Assembly: GCA_012295275.1 (NCBI GenBank)
Contig: CM022670.1
Span: 12,462,001 to 12,526,000 of the forward strand
Reading direction: 5' to 3'
Length of the DNA: 64,000 nt
Source: Chrysomallon squamiferum
Lineage: Eukaryota > Animalia > Mollusca
The first letter of the stretch is position 1. Each line of letters begins with the position of its first letter. The translations under genes were made by a program, and so were the position numbers. Of the stretch, positions 32,152-46,628 are shown piece after piece. Under the pieces are notes generated by a model, which was given only the letters and a program-made list of their open reading frames with translations, did no database searches and was not told the DNA's origin.

Positions 32152-35100
32152 CACAGAATGTCAATTTTGTTTTGTTTTGTTTTGTTTTTGTTTTTTTAAT
32201 AAAAGAATGAAAGCGCGCAACAGATGTTTCTAAAAATAAAATTTATGTGTATATAAAGTTGAAAGTGAGAAAATTATATCTACTGTATATAATAATAAAA
32301 AAGACTACAGGATCAGAAATTTTGTTCAGTGTTCCTAACTATTTTGATATGTATTAAAGTAGCCAATGAAATGTTGCTTTAGATGTGACATGAACTGTTA
32401 AAATGTCTGTCATTGGAAAGAAAACTAAATCTCGTCTAAAACGAGATTTGATAATTATTCGAACGAGAGAGAAAAAAAAAAAGACAGATAATCAGTTAAT
32501 ACTTGAAGAAGAGGGAAAGAAATAAAATTTGTTGGAATTTTAGACTATCAGTATTTAAATGTATTTTCCTTTTTCTTTTCTACTTATTTTCTTTTTTTAA
32601 TTATTGTACATTTCACTATGCAGGGATATGACGCAGGCCTGAATATATCACTGTTTTTGTGATTAGATTAAACGTACAAAGTAACTTTCGAGAAAAATAT
32701 CTATTATATAGGATAATCAAACTATAAGGAAAATTTGTATAAAAAATAATATATTTCATCCAGAATCAATTATAACAATAACAACGTCTTCAAAAATAAT
32801 CACTTTTAACACTTTCACTGCTGGTCAGTTGATAATTCCTAGTTTACAAGTTTGTTGGAATTGTAGAAAAAAAAAAAAAAAAAAAAAAGTAAATTATTGT
32901 TATTAATTAATAATGGCGGATTACTGTTAATTGCAATGTGAATAAAGATTTTACTAACAACATTACAAGAGTATGTTGTGTTTATCAAATACGTTTCGGT
33001 AAAAGCAGACAGTTTTTCAGTTCACGTTAAATACACCTTGATTTAGATGGTTAAATAAAAGAAAAAACAAACTGAAAAAAAAAAAAAAAATAAAAAAAAT
33101 ATAAAATAAATAAGTAAACACCATCTGAGACATTCATTACGTATCAATACTTATTTGAAAGCTAATAAATTATTATGATATTTAATATATATATATAATA
33201 TAAATGTTAAATACAAACTTTCAACCGTATTAAAATCTTATAATAATCATTCATGACTGTTTGCATTTCGCCTATCACTGAATAAATAATTATCCATTGA
33301 CAAATTAATAAATATTTGTTGCAACGTGTTTCTATTTACCTAAAACAACTTAAATAAAAACTGAAAATGTAAATAAATGATCTTGTTTTAATAACATTTA
33401 TGATAGATTTAGCATTTAAATTATCCCCCCTTTTAATATTATTATTACTACTACTATTTCTTAAATTAATATAATTAATAAATATTTGTATAAACTTCTT
33501 TCTGAACATTTATATCAGTGAAAACCTCTGTAAGTTAAAATTTCCATTATACACTTTGACAAATAAAATAATAATGCTCACTGGGTAATTAAAACGGTAC
33601 CTGAGTTGTCAATTGAGGAGTTGCAATGAAAACCCATTACGACCCAGGTGCAAAGGATCCCGCTTTGAATTTGCTTTACCTCGTTCTAGTATAGATATCT
33701 CATACATGGATTTTAAACAAAGTATTAATAAATATATTTTCTCTAAACGGATGATGATTGAATTAAAGATGTGTGGAAAAATATGAGCGAACAAGAAGGT
33801 TGTTAAAAGAATAAAAAGGAAGAAAAAAGAAAAAGAAAAAAATATTATTTGTCATAAAAGTGGTATAGGCATATATATATTTCTTTACACTCTCTCTTTA
33901 TTGTGTGTTTTTATACAATATTTGTCATTTATACATAATTTTTCATTTAAAACAGACACAACGGATTTCAGTTAAAATTTGGGAAAATCGATTTTATATA
34001 CCCAGCAAATTGAGTTACGAGCTCTTTCCACTGTATATGTATTTAAATTTTAACTGTTATTTTATAATAAAGTGAATGGAATTTCTTTAGTATATAATGA
34101 AAATAACTGAAAATGGATGTTTTTCCTATACAAATGTCAAAAAAACTCGAATCGGTGTATGTTGAAAAAAATGATGACCTCAGTTAAAATTTATTTTCTA
34201 ATTAGTTAACTGACAACTGATAAATTTATTTAAATGTTTTTAATTAATTTTAATATATCTAATAATTTTTATATCCCCCTATTCATAGAAATCCTGCGCA
34301 ATAACATAACACCTCACCATATAGAAATAATACAAAATAGTTCAAGTCTGGTATAAATCCATTTTTTTTTTTATATAGAAATTATTAAAAATTTTTAAAT
34401 TTTTTTTATTATTATTTTTTTTTTTTTTTTAAATAATTATATTCATTAAAAAAAGATAAAAAAAATAAGTTAAAACTGTACACTAAAGCATCTTAAAACA
34501 ATAAATTAGCACTCTCTGAGCTGCTGATTAAAGTTTCGGATTTCGTGTTCTTCAACGTGTGCTACAGAGAGACGTTTTTTGTCAAAGAGGCGCAACTCTC
34601 TTTGAGATATTAGTACTAAAATGACGGGATTATCTGTATTTTGTTCAACATAGAATTTGAGTCTACGATATTAACTTTATTAGTGCAGAAAAAGGATTAT
34701 ACATAAATAAAACTGAAATTTAAAAATAATCATACAAAGAACAAACAAACAAATAAATAAATAAATACATATAGATAGAAAGCTAGATAAACGGATAGAC
34801 ATACAGACAAATAGATGGATAGATAGATACTTATATAGATAGATAGATACGTAGACATATAGATAGACAAATAGATAGACAGACAGACAGACACACAGAT
34901 AGATAGATATAGATAGATCTTTCAGTTGGGGCGGTTATCAGAAAAGAACATATAACTATTTATTTTGTTATTATTTATACATTTATTTTACATTACCTTA
35001 ATTCTATTTATATGATAATTTATTACCTTTCTTTTATAATTTATGCTGTTATTCACACGAACTCCATACAGCTATATTCATGTGTTTTGTCAACGTGTCA

Positions 35101-35785
35101 GACACCTGTGACAGACATGACACGTTTTTGCTGAGTAATGTCAGCACAGCAGATTTTATAGGAGCAAGTTACTTCATCTATAATTATCGTCGACCAAATC
35201 GTTTTATCTATGTTTTATTCCACTATACTAAGAGCATTCGATATCTCTTAGTTTACCCCCTTTGTAAGGATTGTTCTCCAAGCATAACTGAGGTCACGAA
35301 TTGTCATCGTCTGATATAAATTATATACATGTAATATATTTGGCGCATATCCAGGAGGTATTATAGAGGATTGTTTTTTTTTTTTGTTTTTTTTTTTCTT
35401 TTTTGTCCTTTGGTTATTGGTATATATATATATATCATTTTGAAAATAGGTTTTAGTATAAAGAGAAACAATTTAAAATAAAGACATTTTATTTTAAATG
35501 TTTGTGATATTATCTGTATAAATTCAAATGTTAACACATAAACACACACACACACGAAAATACTCGCTCATACATGCGTTCTGTCTGCCTCTCTCGTGAA
35601 AAGCATACCGATTAACTCTGCAAGGGAAAATGTATACTATTTCTTATTTATTTATTTTAACGGAGATATTATTATTTGTAAAAAAAAGTACAGTCTGGTT
35701 TATAAAAAAAGATCGCCGGAGATGGATACATGCATTCAATTCTGAGGTCTAAATTTATACTTTAACACTTTTCAAGTAATTAAAT

Positions 35786-35817
<32 letters not shown>

Positions 35818-36171
35818 AATAATAATAAAAATAAAAAAACAACAGCAACAAACAAACAAAAACAAAAAACCCAGTGTGTTTTGATAAACATGTTTAACAA
35901 AGGTGTTTGTTGCATAAAGGGATGGACAGGTGACTAATAAAGGTTCTGATAAATTACTGAAATGTAAAATGTTTAGTTTTTGAAACGTATGGATAATAAA
36001 GAACTATTGAAAACTTGCGTAAGCTTGACCTAGCCTGCGTAACGTGTGGTAGGTTATCTAAAAATGAACATAGCACATTTAGACCATTATATTATGCCTA
36101 AATTAATAATCATTTGCAAACGCTTGCAAAAGTATACATACATACATACATACATACATACATACATACAT

Positions 36172-36210
<39 letters not shown>

Positions 36211-36588
36211 TATATATATTCTCAATGGCCGAATATGTGCCTTGACCAAACAGGCACCAACACAAAAATTTTACATAAAAAGCATCTCTGCTTTCAGCAT
36301 CATTGTACTTTACAGTTTTCAAATACTGTGTTAATTAGTTCCTTTTGTATATTGCTACCAGCAGACCAAATTTCCGGTACATACCAAGAAATGCAAAATA
36401 TTATTGTATACGAGACACTTGAGCTTTACTTCAGATCCGCCAGTGGCCAGTTAAACCAGATCAAGGATTAGGGATTAATTTAATTTGTAACATCTGTAGC
36501 GGAATATGATCAATACATATATAATTATCTGAATGGTTATCTTGATGTCTGACGGATCTATTTTTGAGAATCTTGTGAACAGTACGTA

Positions 36589-36656
<68 letters not shown>

Positions 36657-36851
36657 GTCATATATTCATATATTCATTAAGTCGTATTCTTACTATATAT
36701 AATATAGTAACGCAGATCTGAACATTGTATGTACTGGTTATTTCCTGTTCCAAACAGTGCTTCAAAAGTAACGTAATAATTACAGGTTGACCAGATATGT
36801 GTTTATGCCATAGTGTGGCAATACAGCTAAAATACTATCCAATTTTTTGAG

Positions 36852-36901
<50 letters not shown>

Positions 36902-37391
36902 CTTTCAGTTCAACTCATTTCCGAAAATGATCGCATCATAGGTTTATCTTTATGTCCATTAGTCAGACAGGCAGTCAGGTGGAATACTGACCAATTATTT
37001 ATTGGACTGCTTCATAACAAAGCAGTTCTAGTAAAGTTTCTAATTAAACGCGTTTTGGTCATGTATTATACATGTGATCCTGAATATATATTTGCCGGGA
37101 TGTTTAGCCCATCTCAAACTAAATTATTTATTTAATGCTAGCTGTGCCGGTATTATGAAAGGGGAGAAATCATTGTACAGATTATTTCTCTTAGTTTCAT
37201 CTGTGAGCATATTCTATGCCGCAGGATGATGACAGTAATATAATTGTTGGTAAAATACATCATATTGATAATATTTTTAAATATGCAGATTTTTTAAATA
37301 AATAGTTATATTTTATGGCTTGTACACAGATGACCAGTAATTGATCCCTGAGACCTTCACCTCAGAAACACACGTCACTTTCTAAACAAAA

Positions 37392-40300
37392 ATGGCCGTG
37401 GATGGGAAAACGGAGGTTGCAAGTGGGTTTATGTCACGTTTTGCTGCGGAACTGTTTGGAAGTCCTTTGAATTTGGTTCTTCTTGGTGTTTGTTCATTTT
37501 TAGTTTACAAAATATTTTCTGGCAGACGAAATTCTGGACCACCTGCACCGAAGGAACCAGAGTTAGCTCCTTTGAAAAAACAGGATTTCACCATTGAGCA
37601 GCTGCGGGAATACGACGGGAAAGCGAAAGAAGGGCGCATTTTGATTGCTGTAAATAATAAGGTGTTTGACGTTACAAGAGGCAAAAGGTTTTATGGACCA
37701 GGTATGGGATCATATAAATTGTGATACATGTGATGTCATCTCGTTTTGTTGTCAAGTTAACACCATATAAACGATAATATGATACACATTGTTGAGTCAT
37801 GAGTGTATTACTAGTAACTATTATTAGTATTATCATATTCATTAATATTAGGTATGTGACAAAACACGTACGTGCGCCGCTGCCATAGGTCGCCCGATTA
37901 TTGTGACGTGTTTTTGCTTACCTTGAAGAGGGGACCCTCATTCGTGTTTCTATTTAGTCATTATTTTTACGTATTTTCAAAAACAACAAACATCATGACA
38001 TAGTATTTATTTTTTGATATGCCATCTTTGGTAAACAACGGAGAATTAACAGACAAATTTTATACAAATATTATAGTAGCATATAGTTAATGTTTGGATA
38101 CCAGAATGAATGAGTGTTTTTAGCAAACGATGAAAACAAAAACGACGCAGCCACAGCTGATGCCTTACAAGTTTGATTTTTTGTTTATTTTACTGAAAGA
38201 CAAGCATTTTATGTGGCATAATGCAAGGAATATATGGTATGATGCTTCTAAACCTTTCAGTCATGAAAAATTATCTTTTTGTATATTGGTTTAATTTCTA
38301 CGAATTTTTGATGATTACATAATTAAGGCATACAAATTTGAGCTAAGTAGTAAATTAATTAATTAATTTAAATTCATGAATATAGCAACTTGCTTAAAAA
38401 TACTATTTAACTTTAGAACTCATCAAAACCTTCATTTTGATATATAATACATGTACACAGGATTAAAACCATATAAGATATTCAGTGTTGACATTGAAAA
38501 ATGACAGAAACAGTTCAGTTTCTCAGTAGATTATGAAGTAAAAAATACCTTCAAATTTTATTCCAATAAAAATTCTTAACTTTTTCCTTATCATTGCAAT
38601 CAAAGAGATTTTGGTGTCATTTTAATATCCATTTTTCATTCTGTCAAATGATATATAGTGTTTTAGGAAAATAATTTTGTCACATACCTAATAATATGAT
38701 TAACACTGTTCATTTTATAATAACTATGCATATTAATGTTTATGTAACAATTTTCTGACATGTAATGTTATGACTATTTGCATTTAAATATTTATATAAA
38801 AGCTATAAATCCACATGACCATGTATTGTTAATTTTAATACTTTTGTATTATTTTTCATCAATATGTTTTCGTTAATATACCTTAATGAGTTATGTTGTT
38901 ATTTTCATTAGCTTTATCTTCTAATAATGCACTGTGTTTTATTAGCTGCATGAAATTGCAGATGTTAAAGGTTATTCATGTGTTGCATTTACTGGACATT
39001 GGTAATATCTCAGTTATCATGTAATGATGTGTACAAGACCAAGGTTCATTTTGTCTTGTCTCAGGTAGTAAATGTAAACAAATGTTTGTAATCTTTGTAA
39101 TATTTCTAAGATCTAATGCTATTAAATTTCATAAGATCATGCAAACATTTGAGATGGAAAAGTCAACATCAGTTGTGTCATTTTAATGCCCAACATTAAT
39201 TATATTTAACACTTCAATTAAATTTATGTAATTTTATCAATATTTTAATATTGCTTTTTATTATTATTATTATTGTTATTATTATTATTTGTTTACATAC
39301 TGTCAGTCAACATTTTAATTTAATTTTTCAATTTTGTATTTTTGTTTAGTTTCCTATTTTTATTTTATTTTTATTTATTTTCTAATCATCTAATTAATGA
39401 GTAATATTGGTTTTGTCTTTTGAGGATTGACAGTTTGAAGCAATGATATAAATGCAGTTCTTATTAGTAATGAAGATAGGTAATGTTTAGTTTAAATAAC
39501 TTAAATATTACAACAAACTGTAATATCAAGTTGTAGCCTAAGTATGACAAGTGCATAATTCCTAAAACATTTCATTAATACAAGTTGAATTTCCTTTCAC
39601 TTTAATGTCACCTAGATTTTTCTTACAGCATTTATTAAAAACTTGTTTTAGGAAATACTTCAGATGTTTTTTGTTTCCAGTTTTATTTTACTGTTTTAGC
39701 CCTGAAAAGAAAAAATGTATTTAAATATGTATACTGATTAAATCATGTATGATAACTGATACTACATGATAATTGTAATGTAATCACTTGTTTTAAAATA
39801 CCTTATTAACAACCAGATTATAATCAGTTTTTAAATTCTCTGGTAAAAAAAAGTCATTGTAGAAAACAAAAACTTGTGTTTTATATATAATAATTAACTG
39901 TTAATACTGAAATGTGTTTCTGATGACTAAAATTGTTATTTTCATTATATACCAGAACTGAGATAAGTTGCAAGTAGAATAAAGACTTGTCAAAATAATG
40001 GTCGTATAATGTAATTCACTTAAACAGATGACATTTTATACAAAGCTGTTACACAGTAGTAATAATAGTTGTGCAAATGGTGCCAGAATATCTGTCTAAT
40101 CTTTCTATCTGTAAATATTTCCTATTCAGCCACAACTTTATATAGCTGTAATATAGCTTGTTATGTATATATATTATAAGGTACATAAATAAGTATATAT
40201 ATATACATACATTTATATATGTACCTTATAACATATATTTATATATGTACCTTATAATACACATAACAAGCTATATTACAGCTATATAAAGCTGTGGCTG

Positions 40301-41544
40301 AACAGGATACATTCACAGATAGAAAGATTAGAGACAGATATTCTGGCACTGTTTGCACAACTATTATTGCTACTGAGTAATACATATTTCAGAAAATCAT
40401 TTATTAGTATGGCATTAACTGATCAAAATAGCCCAAACAGTTTCTTCTGTAATATTTTTATAAATATCATATTTCAAATACAATATTGATATATTCTCTG
40501 GTAAAACATATTTATACAAAAACATTGTTTTTATACCTAATAAATGACTGTTAACTGTTTTTGTTAAATACAGTTATGTTAATTGCAATATTTAATGTAT
40601 AGGTGGGCCTTATGGATTATTTGCTGGTCGAGACGCTTCCCGTGCTTTAGCAACCTTTTCTCTGGGGGAAGAAGCCCTGAGAGATGAATATGATGACCTC
40701 AGTGACCTGAATTCAATGCAGATGGAAAGCGTGCGAGAATGGGAAATGCAGTTTACAGGTAATTCAGTTTGAACAAAATTAAAATAATAATAATAATAAT
40801 GTTAATAAAAATTCTTAACACCTCTAAAAACAAAACAAAAACAAAATGATTTAAAATTATATAGTATACAACTTAGAAGAAGAAAAATAATTTTGTACAT
40901 GAAAATAAATCCGAACTTATAAAAAATGTCACAGTGTAACTGGGACAAAAAAGGTATTTACAAACAAGTCAGAATGAGAAAGTATTATGAGTATGAAGAA
41001 ACATGTTTTTGTTTCTAAACATTTCTCTTACATTCATGAAACATGTGCAGTAAAACTGAATATATCTATAAAAAAATACATTTTAAAATTATTTGCACAC
41101 CAGATGTATAAAGAAAGATGGTCAGATAGTGTCAAAATAAACTCCTTTACAATAGCACTCAGAATCATTTCCCTTAATTATTAAGTGAGATCATTCTGAG
41201 TGCTACTGTTAAGGAGTTAATATATTTGAAACTCAGACAATCACAAGAAATTGTGTAAATCCAGTTTAGTTAATGAGATGGAACTGAAAATTCCACTTAA
41301 AGATTTTCTTTGAACAGAATTTTAATGAAATAAAGTTTTAAAAAATCTAAGTGTCCTTTTGCTAAGTTTGATATCTTATGCATCTTGTTCTTTTTCCATA
41401 TAAAGACTCAAGTTTTGTTTTGCAGAAAAGTATGACTACATTGGTAAGCTGTTGAAACCAGGAGAACTGCCTACTGAGTATTCAGATACAGAGGATGAGC
41501 AGACAGAAGACAAAAAAGAAAAACAGGACAAGAAATCTGACTGA
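37392..41544 (+). CDS. PGRMC1: Membrane-associated progesterone receptor component (PGRMC/MAPR, cytochrome b5-like heme-binding), 3 exons, 194 aa
   Basis: Exons 37392-37701, 40603-40758, 41426-41544 (TGA). N-terminal [21 protein letters not shown]; [12 protein letters not shown]; [39 protein letters not shown]; [20 protein letters not shown]. An invertebrate gene like this is normally co-orthologous to PGRMC1/2. Confidence 0.97.
40049..40380. mobile_element. Fold-back/MITE-like palindromic element in PGRMC intron 1
   Basis: ~140-bp arms: TTACACAGTAGTAATAATAGTTGTGCAAATGGTGCCAGAATATCTGTCT...TATAAGGTACATA matches the reverse complement of TATGTACCTTATA...AGACAGATATTCTGGCACTGTTTGCACAACTATTATTGCTACTGAGTAA. 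Short (TA)-rich centre. The hairpin is seen directly; TE origin is inferred. Confidence 0.75.
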
Positions 41545-43980
41545 AACATTTGTGTTTACTGAGTGTCTGTGTATGAGTGACATCCTTGTCTAGCATGAAC
41601 ATCTACAAACATCAACAGCAGATAAAGTTTAGTGAAACCTGGATTAACCAAATATACCCTGTAAAGAAATCAACCGAAGGGAAACAAATTATATGTATTA
41701 TTATATAATGTGTTAATTACACTGTTATATTCTAATGCATATGATTTACAGCAGGGGTTTTTAAAAAAGATAAAATAAAACAGTCACTATGTTTAGTGTA
41801 AGGCAGGTGAGTTGGAAATTGCACTGTATGATTTGTGATATTTTTGTTTATGATGGCTGAAAAGTATAGAGTGCATACATCACTGATGGTCATTGGTAGA
41901 TGTAAATAATTTTTCACAGATTCAGAGAATTTATGAGAGCAGACAAGAAAAAAGTATTTATAATTATATACAACAAATTTGCAATATAAATCATATGAGT
42001 AATAGAGAACATATTAGGTAATTCTTATGCATGCAGTCACATAGTTTGTGAAAACATATGCTGTCAGTTACATATGTTTCTAAGAAATGATTACCACATG
42101 TCCAGTAATTAACCAGTCTGTATGATTGCTTATACATATTCTCAAAATTTCTGCAAAATTGCACCATGGAAATTTTAAAAAATAACTGTTAATTTGATAT
42201 TTGGAAATTTTCTCAAAACTCTATACACATTATGTAGTGAACTATGTACCATGAAAAGTTTTGAAATGCCTATGTATGTGCTTTCTCTTTTTAATATTTT
42301 ACTTTAAAGTTAGTCTTAGATTACTTGAAAATCACTGTTGGCCAACGCTGTTAACTGCACAGATCATTAGCTCTTTTTTTTTCTTTTTTTTTTTTAAATA
42401 TGTTTACAATTTTGTATGTGTTTATTTTTCTACTTTTGTTTAGATTTTGCAATTTTGTATTTCTGACTGTGGGAAACAAAAAAGACAATATTTAACTTTT
42501 AAAATTGTCATCACTGCAAATATTAATATTTTTATTATTTGTTAAATAATTTTGTCAGTATGGATTATGGTCCTTTGTTTTTGTCTTTAAACTTGTAGAA
42601 AAATGCCATTAATACCAAATACAAATTTTAATATGATCTAATTATGGTGCAGTTTCCCATATAAGGATTTTAGTGTTTCAGTTGTTATTAATTTTTTTTT
42701 AATAGACATTAGTTTATTATTTCATTAATATTATTTTTTTCAATACACAGTATTAACTTTAAATAATGTAAATCTGTTATGTGAAATAAGATTTTTACAT
42801 TTAATATCTGTAATTGGCTATATATTTTGACATCTGTGAGAAACATTAATTTAACATAATATCTTCTGAACAAATGGCACCTTAAATATCTTGTCTTGAA
42901 TTCGCCAAAGAGTAAAAGAAAATAGGCTGAAACTTAGAAACTTCAGAACAATGGAAAAGTACAAGCATCTTCTGAATGAGGTAGAGGGGATATTTTCTGT
43001 GACTGTTTGTCCTATTTACTGTTTAGAACTTTAACATTCATTTTAATATTTGCTCAAAACTTTGTTCAGATATCACAGGAGAAACCTGTCATTCAGAAAT
43101 ACAAGTAGATTATTTATCCCTGCAAAAAAAAAATTAATATAAGTAAAAGATAATAATAATAATAATAGAATAAGATTTGAAAGGTTTTGTGTGAAATGAA
43201 TCTGTACTATACTATGTTCTAGATACCTATTCAGCTTTCCAACCAGGCTTACAAGAGTAGGCGTTTGAAACTTACATATTGTTATTAATGTATCTGTATG
43301 TTATATTAATAATTAGAAAAACTATTGCAATAGTAGAAAAGCAATGTTCAATATTACTGCTTTGTTTTTTTTTTTTTTTATCTGTATCCTTGCAAAAAGT
43401 TTTACTATGGTGCTTGAAATTTGGTTTTCTTCTTTTTTTAATTTTTTTTTCTTTTAGATGTTTTTCTTTTCATATCAGTTTCAAGTGTAGGTTGTTTTTG
43501 CAGGCTAATCTAAAGACATTGCTATCAAATTTGAAAACTAGCATTTTAATTGTGTGTACTTATTTTGTTTTAATATTCCTTAATTTTGATTAAAGCATGG
43601 TTATGTTCTTAGATGTAAAAGCATATGAAGAGAACACATAAATAGACTGGCTTGCATAAAAGAAACTTCCAGGATAGTTGAATTGTTAATTGTGTGAAAT
43701 CTAATCTGTGTTTTTAATGCTTCAAAAAAAGAAGAAAATCAAACAAAAACAGAAATATCTATATTTTTATTTGTTTTGGATAGCTGTGTGTATTTGCTTT
43801 TTGTCACATAACCACTTACACATAATTTAAAAATACATCAGTAACAAGGGAAATGAGACAGCTGATAATGTATTATTTTATTTTATCATTTGAAGCTTAT
43901 TGGTTATTGAGGTAAATTGGCTCTGTTGATTATGTATAGTATGTGTGACTGAGTTTTCAAATTTACTGTAGCGATAATAT

Positions 43981-44029
<49 letters not shown>

Positions 44030-45951
44030 TATACTTCACACTGTTAGACTGATATTTCTACTGCCAAAATCTCATTCTAAAAACGTCATTGTCATTTAAT
44101 CTGAATGAACCAGTTAGAATGTAGCGTACATCAATAACATGAACATAAACATACACAATATATTTTGATAATTCTAAACATATTCTGAATTGATTTAGTG
44201 TGATAATGTTCAAATCTGCTTGGTATTAGAAAGTTTAAAATATTTTGTGGTGCTTTACAACAGCAACAATAATTTTTATATCAATATAATTAGAATTATT
44301 TTTGTATGTTTTTGTCTGGCCTTCAAGACTAAGAATCATACCTAATTAAAAAAAAAAAAAAATATCATTTATTTCAGAATTGCTGATATTTATGATAACT
44401 CTAATTTATGAGAGCCCTTTTATTTCAAATAAGTATTTGATATTAAGTCTTATTATTCTCTGCCCCAAATGTAATTGTATCAAGTTTGTATATGTTAAAA
44501 ATTATTTTGTCGCAGCCTTTTTACTTGTTAAATGTACACCTACAACTGATTTTAAGTGTGCAGTGTATGGGCATGTTGAGGGATATTTAAAATAGATATC
44601 TAGAACTCCTGTTTTTAAATAGGTGTTCTTACTTTGCAATTTATGTTGCTGACTTGTGGCGTATAATGGAAATTATGCTGTGAGAAGGGCAGAACTTTAA
44701 TGACTAGAAAGCCCCTTAAGCAGTTTAGTTGTAGAAATGAGTATTAGTTAAGTAAGAACCATTTCATAAACAGAGGTATTTTTATTTTTAAAACCACTTT
44801 GTCACGGGATTAATGTTGACAGTAATAACGGTGTATATTTTCACGCGTAGAAATTTAGCCACACTGTTGAATGTATTTACTGTTATTATCATTATATAAT
44901 TAGTAGTGGTAGTAATAATAGTAGTAATATATGAATATCATTTTACTTTCATTGACATTATTTTTTAAAGTTGCTGTTTTAATTATGAATCTGATTTATA
45001 ATGATCTGTAAATATTTGAAATAATTATTTTTCTGTTTGTTTTTTGGTTGTTTTTTTTTATAAAATGTTTCTGCTGTTTCAGTTCAGTGATGTACATAAA
45101 AAAAATATTTTTGAATTTTGAACAACAACAAAAAAAAAGCTTTAAAAACTTCAATCAAACAATGTTTTTAAAATGACTGAAAACTAACTTATGTAAAATA
45201 AATTTAAAATCATCCAGTCATTATAGACATAAAGTTGAAATAAATAGTTAGAATCAAAGCAGTCTTATTTTATTTTTGAACAACACAAACATTTAAATAA
45301 AACAAATAATAATTAAAAAAATATATAAAAAAACAAAAAAACGTTCAGTTCTACTGTTGTCATTATTGTTAATTATTTGTAATGTAATATATAAATTTTG
45401 GCTATCCAAGCAGCTCTGCAAATAAAGTTTGAAGCTTGATTGTGTTAATTATTAAAGATGTAAGTTTCTAATATATAAATGCAGATTGAGGACAAAAGTA
45501 TGGACAAATATATATATATATATATACATATACATGTATGTACATGAATCATAATGATCATAATTGGAACCCAGGTAGAAATATTATTTGTGATATTTTC
45601 TGAAACAACTTTTCTAACAACATAGAAGTCACGTAAATATGTTCTCATGGCCAGTTTTAAAAATTACACACAACTGTTACATGATTTCAACATTAATGTA
45701 AGTTTTATAAATAAAAAAAAGATTGTTCAAACTTTTTTTTTAAAATTTACTGACATCTACTCAATGAACACTTAGGTTTCAAATAGCGTTGCTTTAAATA
45801 CATGAATGTATAATTTTGATTTACAAAAAAAATAAAAAAAATAATGCTAATGTAACATGCTGAAAATAAATATTGTTATCGCTGTTATTATTATTATTAA
45901 TATTATTATTATTATTATTATTATTGTTGTTAATATTGCTATTATTATAAC

Positions 45952-45993
<42 letters not shown>

Positions 45994-46390
45994 TGAGAAC
46001 ATATCCTCTGCAAATAATGTTCGTTATTTAAATGGTCTTCCTGACTGTTCATTCATTAAGTATCATTTAAATGTTCATTATTACATAATCACTGCTCATC
46101 ATTCCTATTGTTTATTTTATCTTGATAATCATTTGTGTTGCATTACATAATGTACATAGTAGTACTGATTTGTCTCACAATGATGGAAGACAAGACTAAT
46201 ACAATTGTGACAAATTTAGGCTGCATACTTGAATAATATAAATAATAATTAAAAAGGATGAAAAATGAAAGTTAATAAAATGCTTTTAAATATGAATAAT
46301 GTTTATTTTTGTTTTATTTTATTATTATTATACATATATACATACATACATACACATACAAACACATACATGATTACATACAAACGTACG

Positions 46391-46421
<31 letters not shown>

Positions 46422-46528
46422 GTATGTATGTATTTATATATATGTGTGTGTGCAAGGATGGACTAGTTGATTGTGGAACTTGTTATAATTATTCCAACCA
46501 GTACTAAACTTTAATACAGTTGTGCTAA

Positions 46529-46628
<100 letters not shown>

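Noticed and set aside
32427-32449. 9-bp perfect hairpin in the receptor 3' region (similar small palindromes at ~35092-35128 and ~53582-53600)
   Set aside because: Stems of this length are expected by chance in 64 kb of AT-rich DNA.
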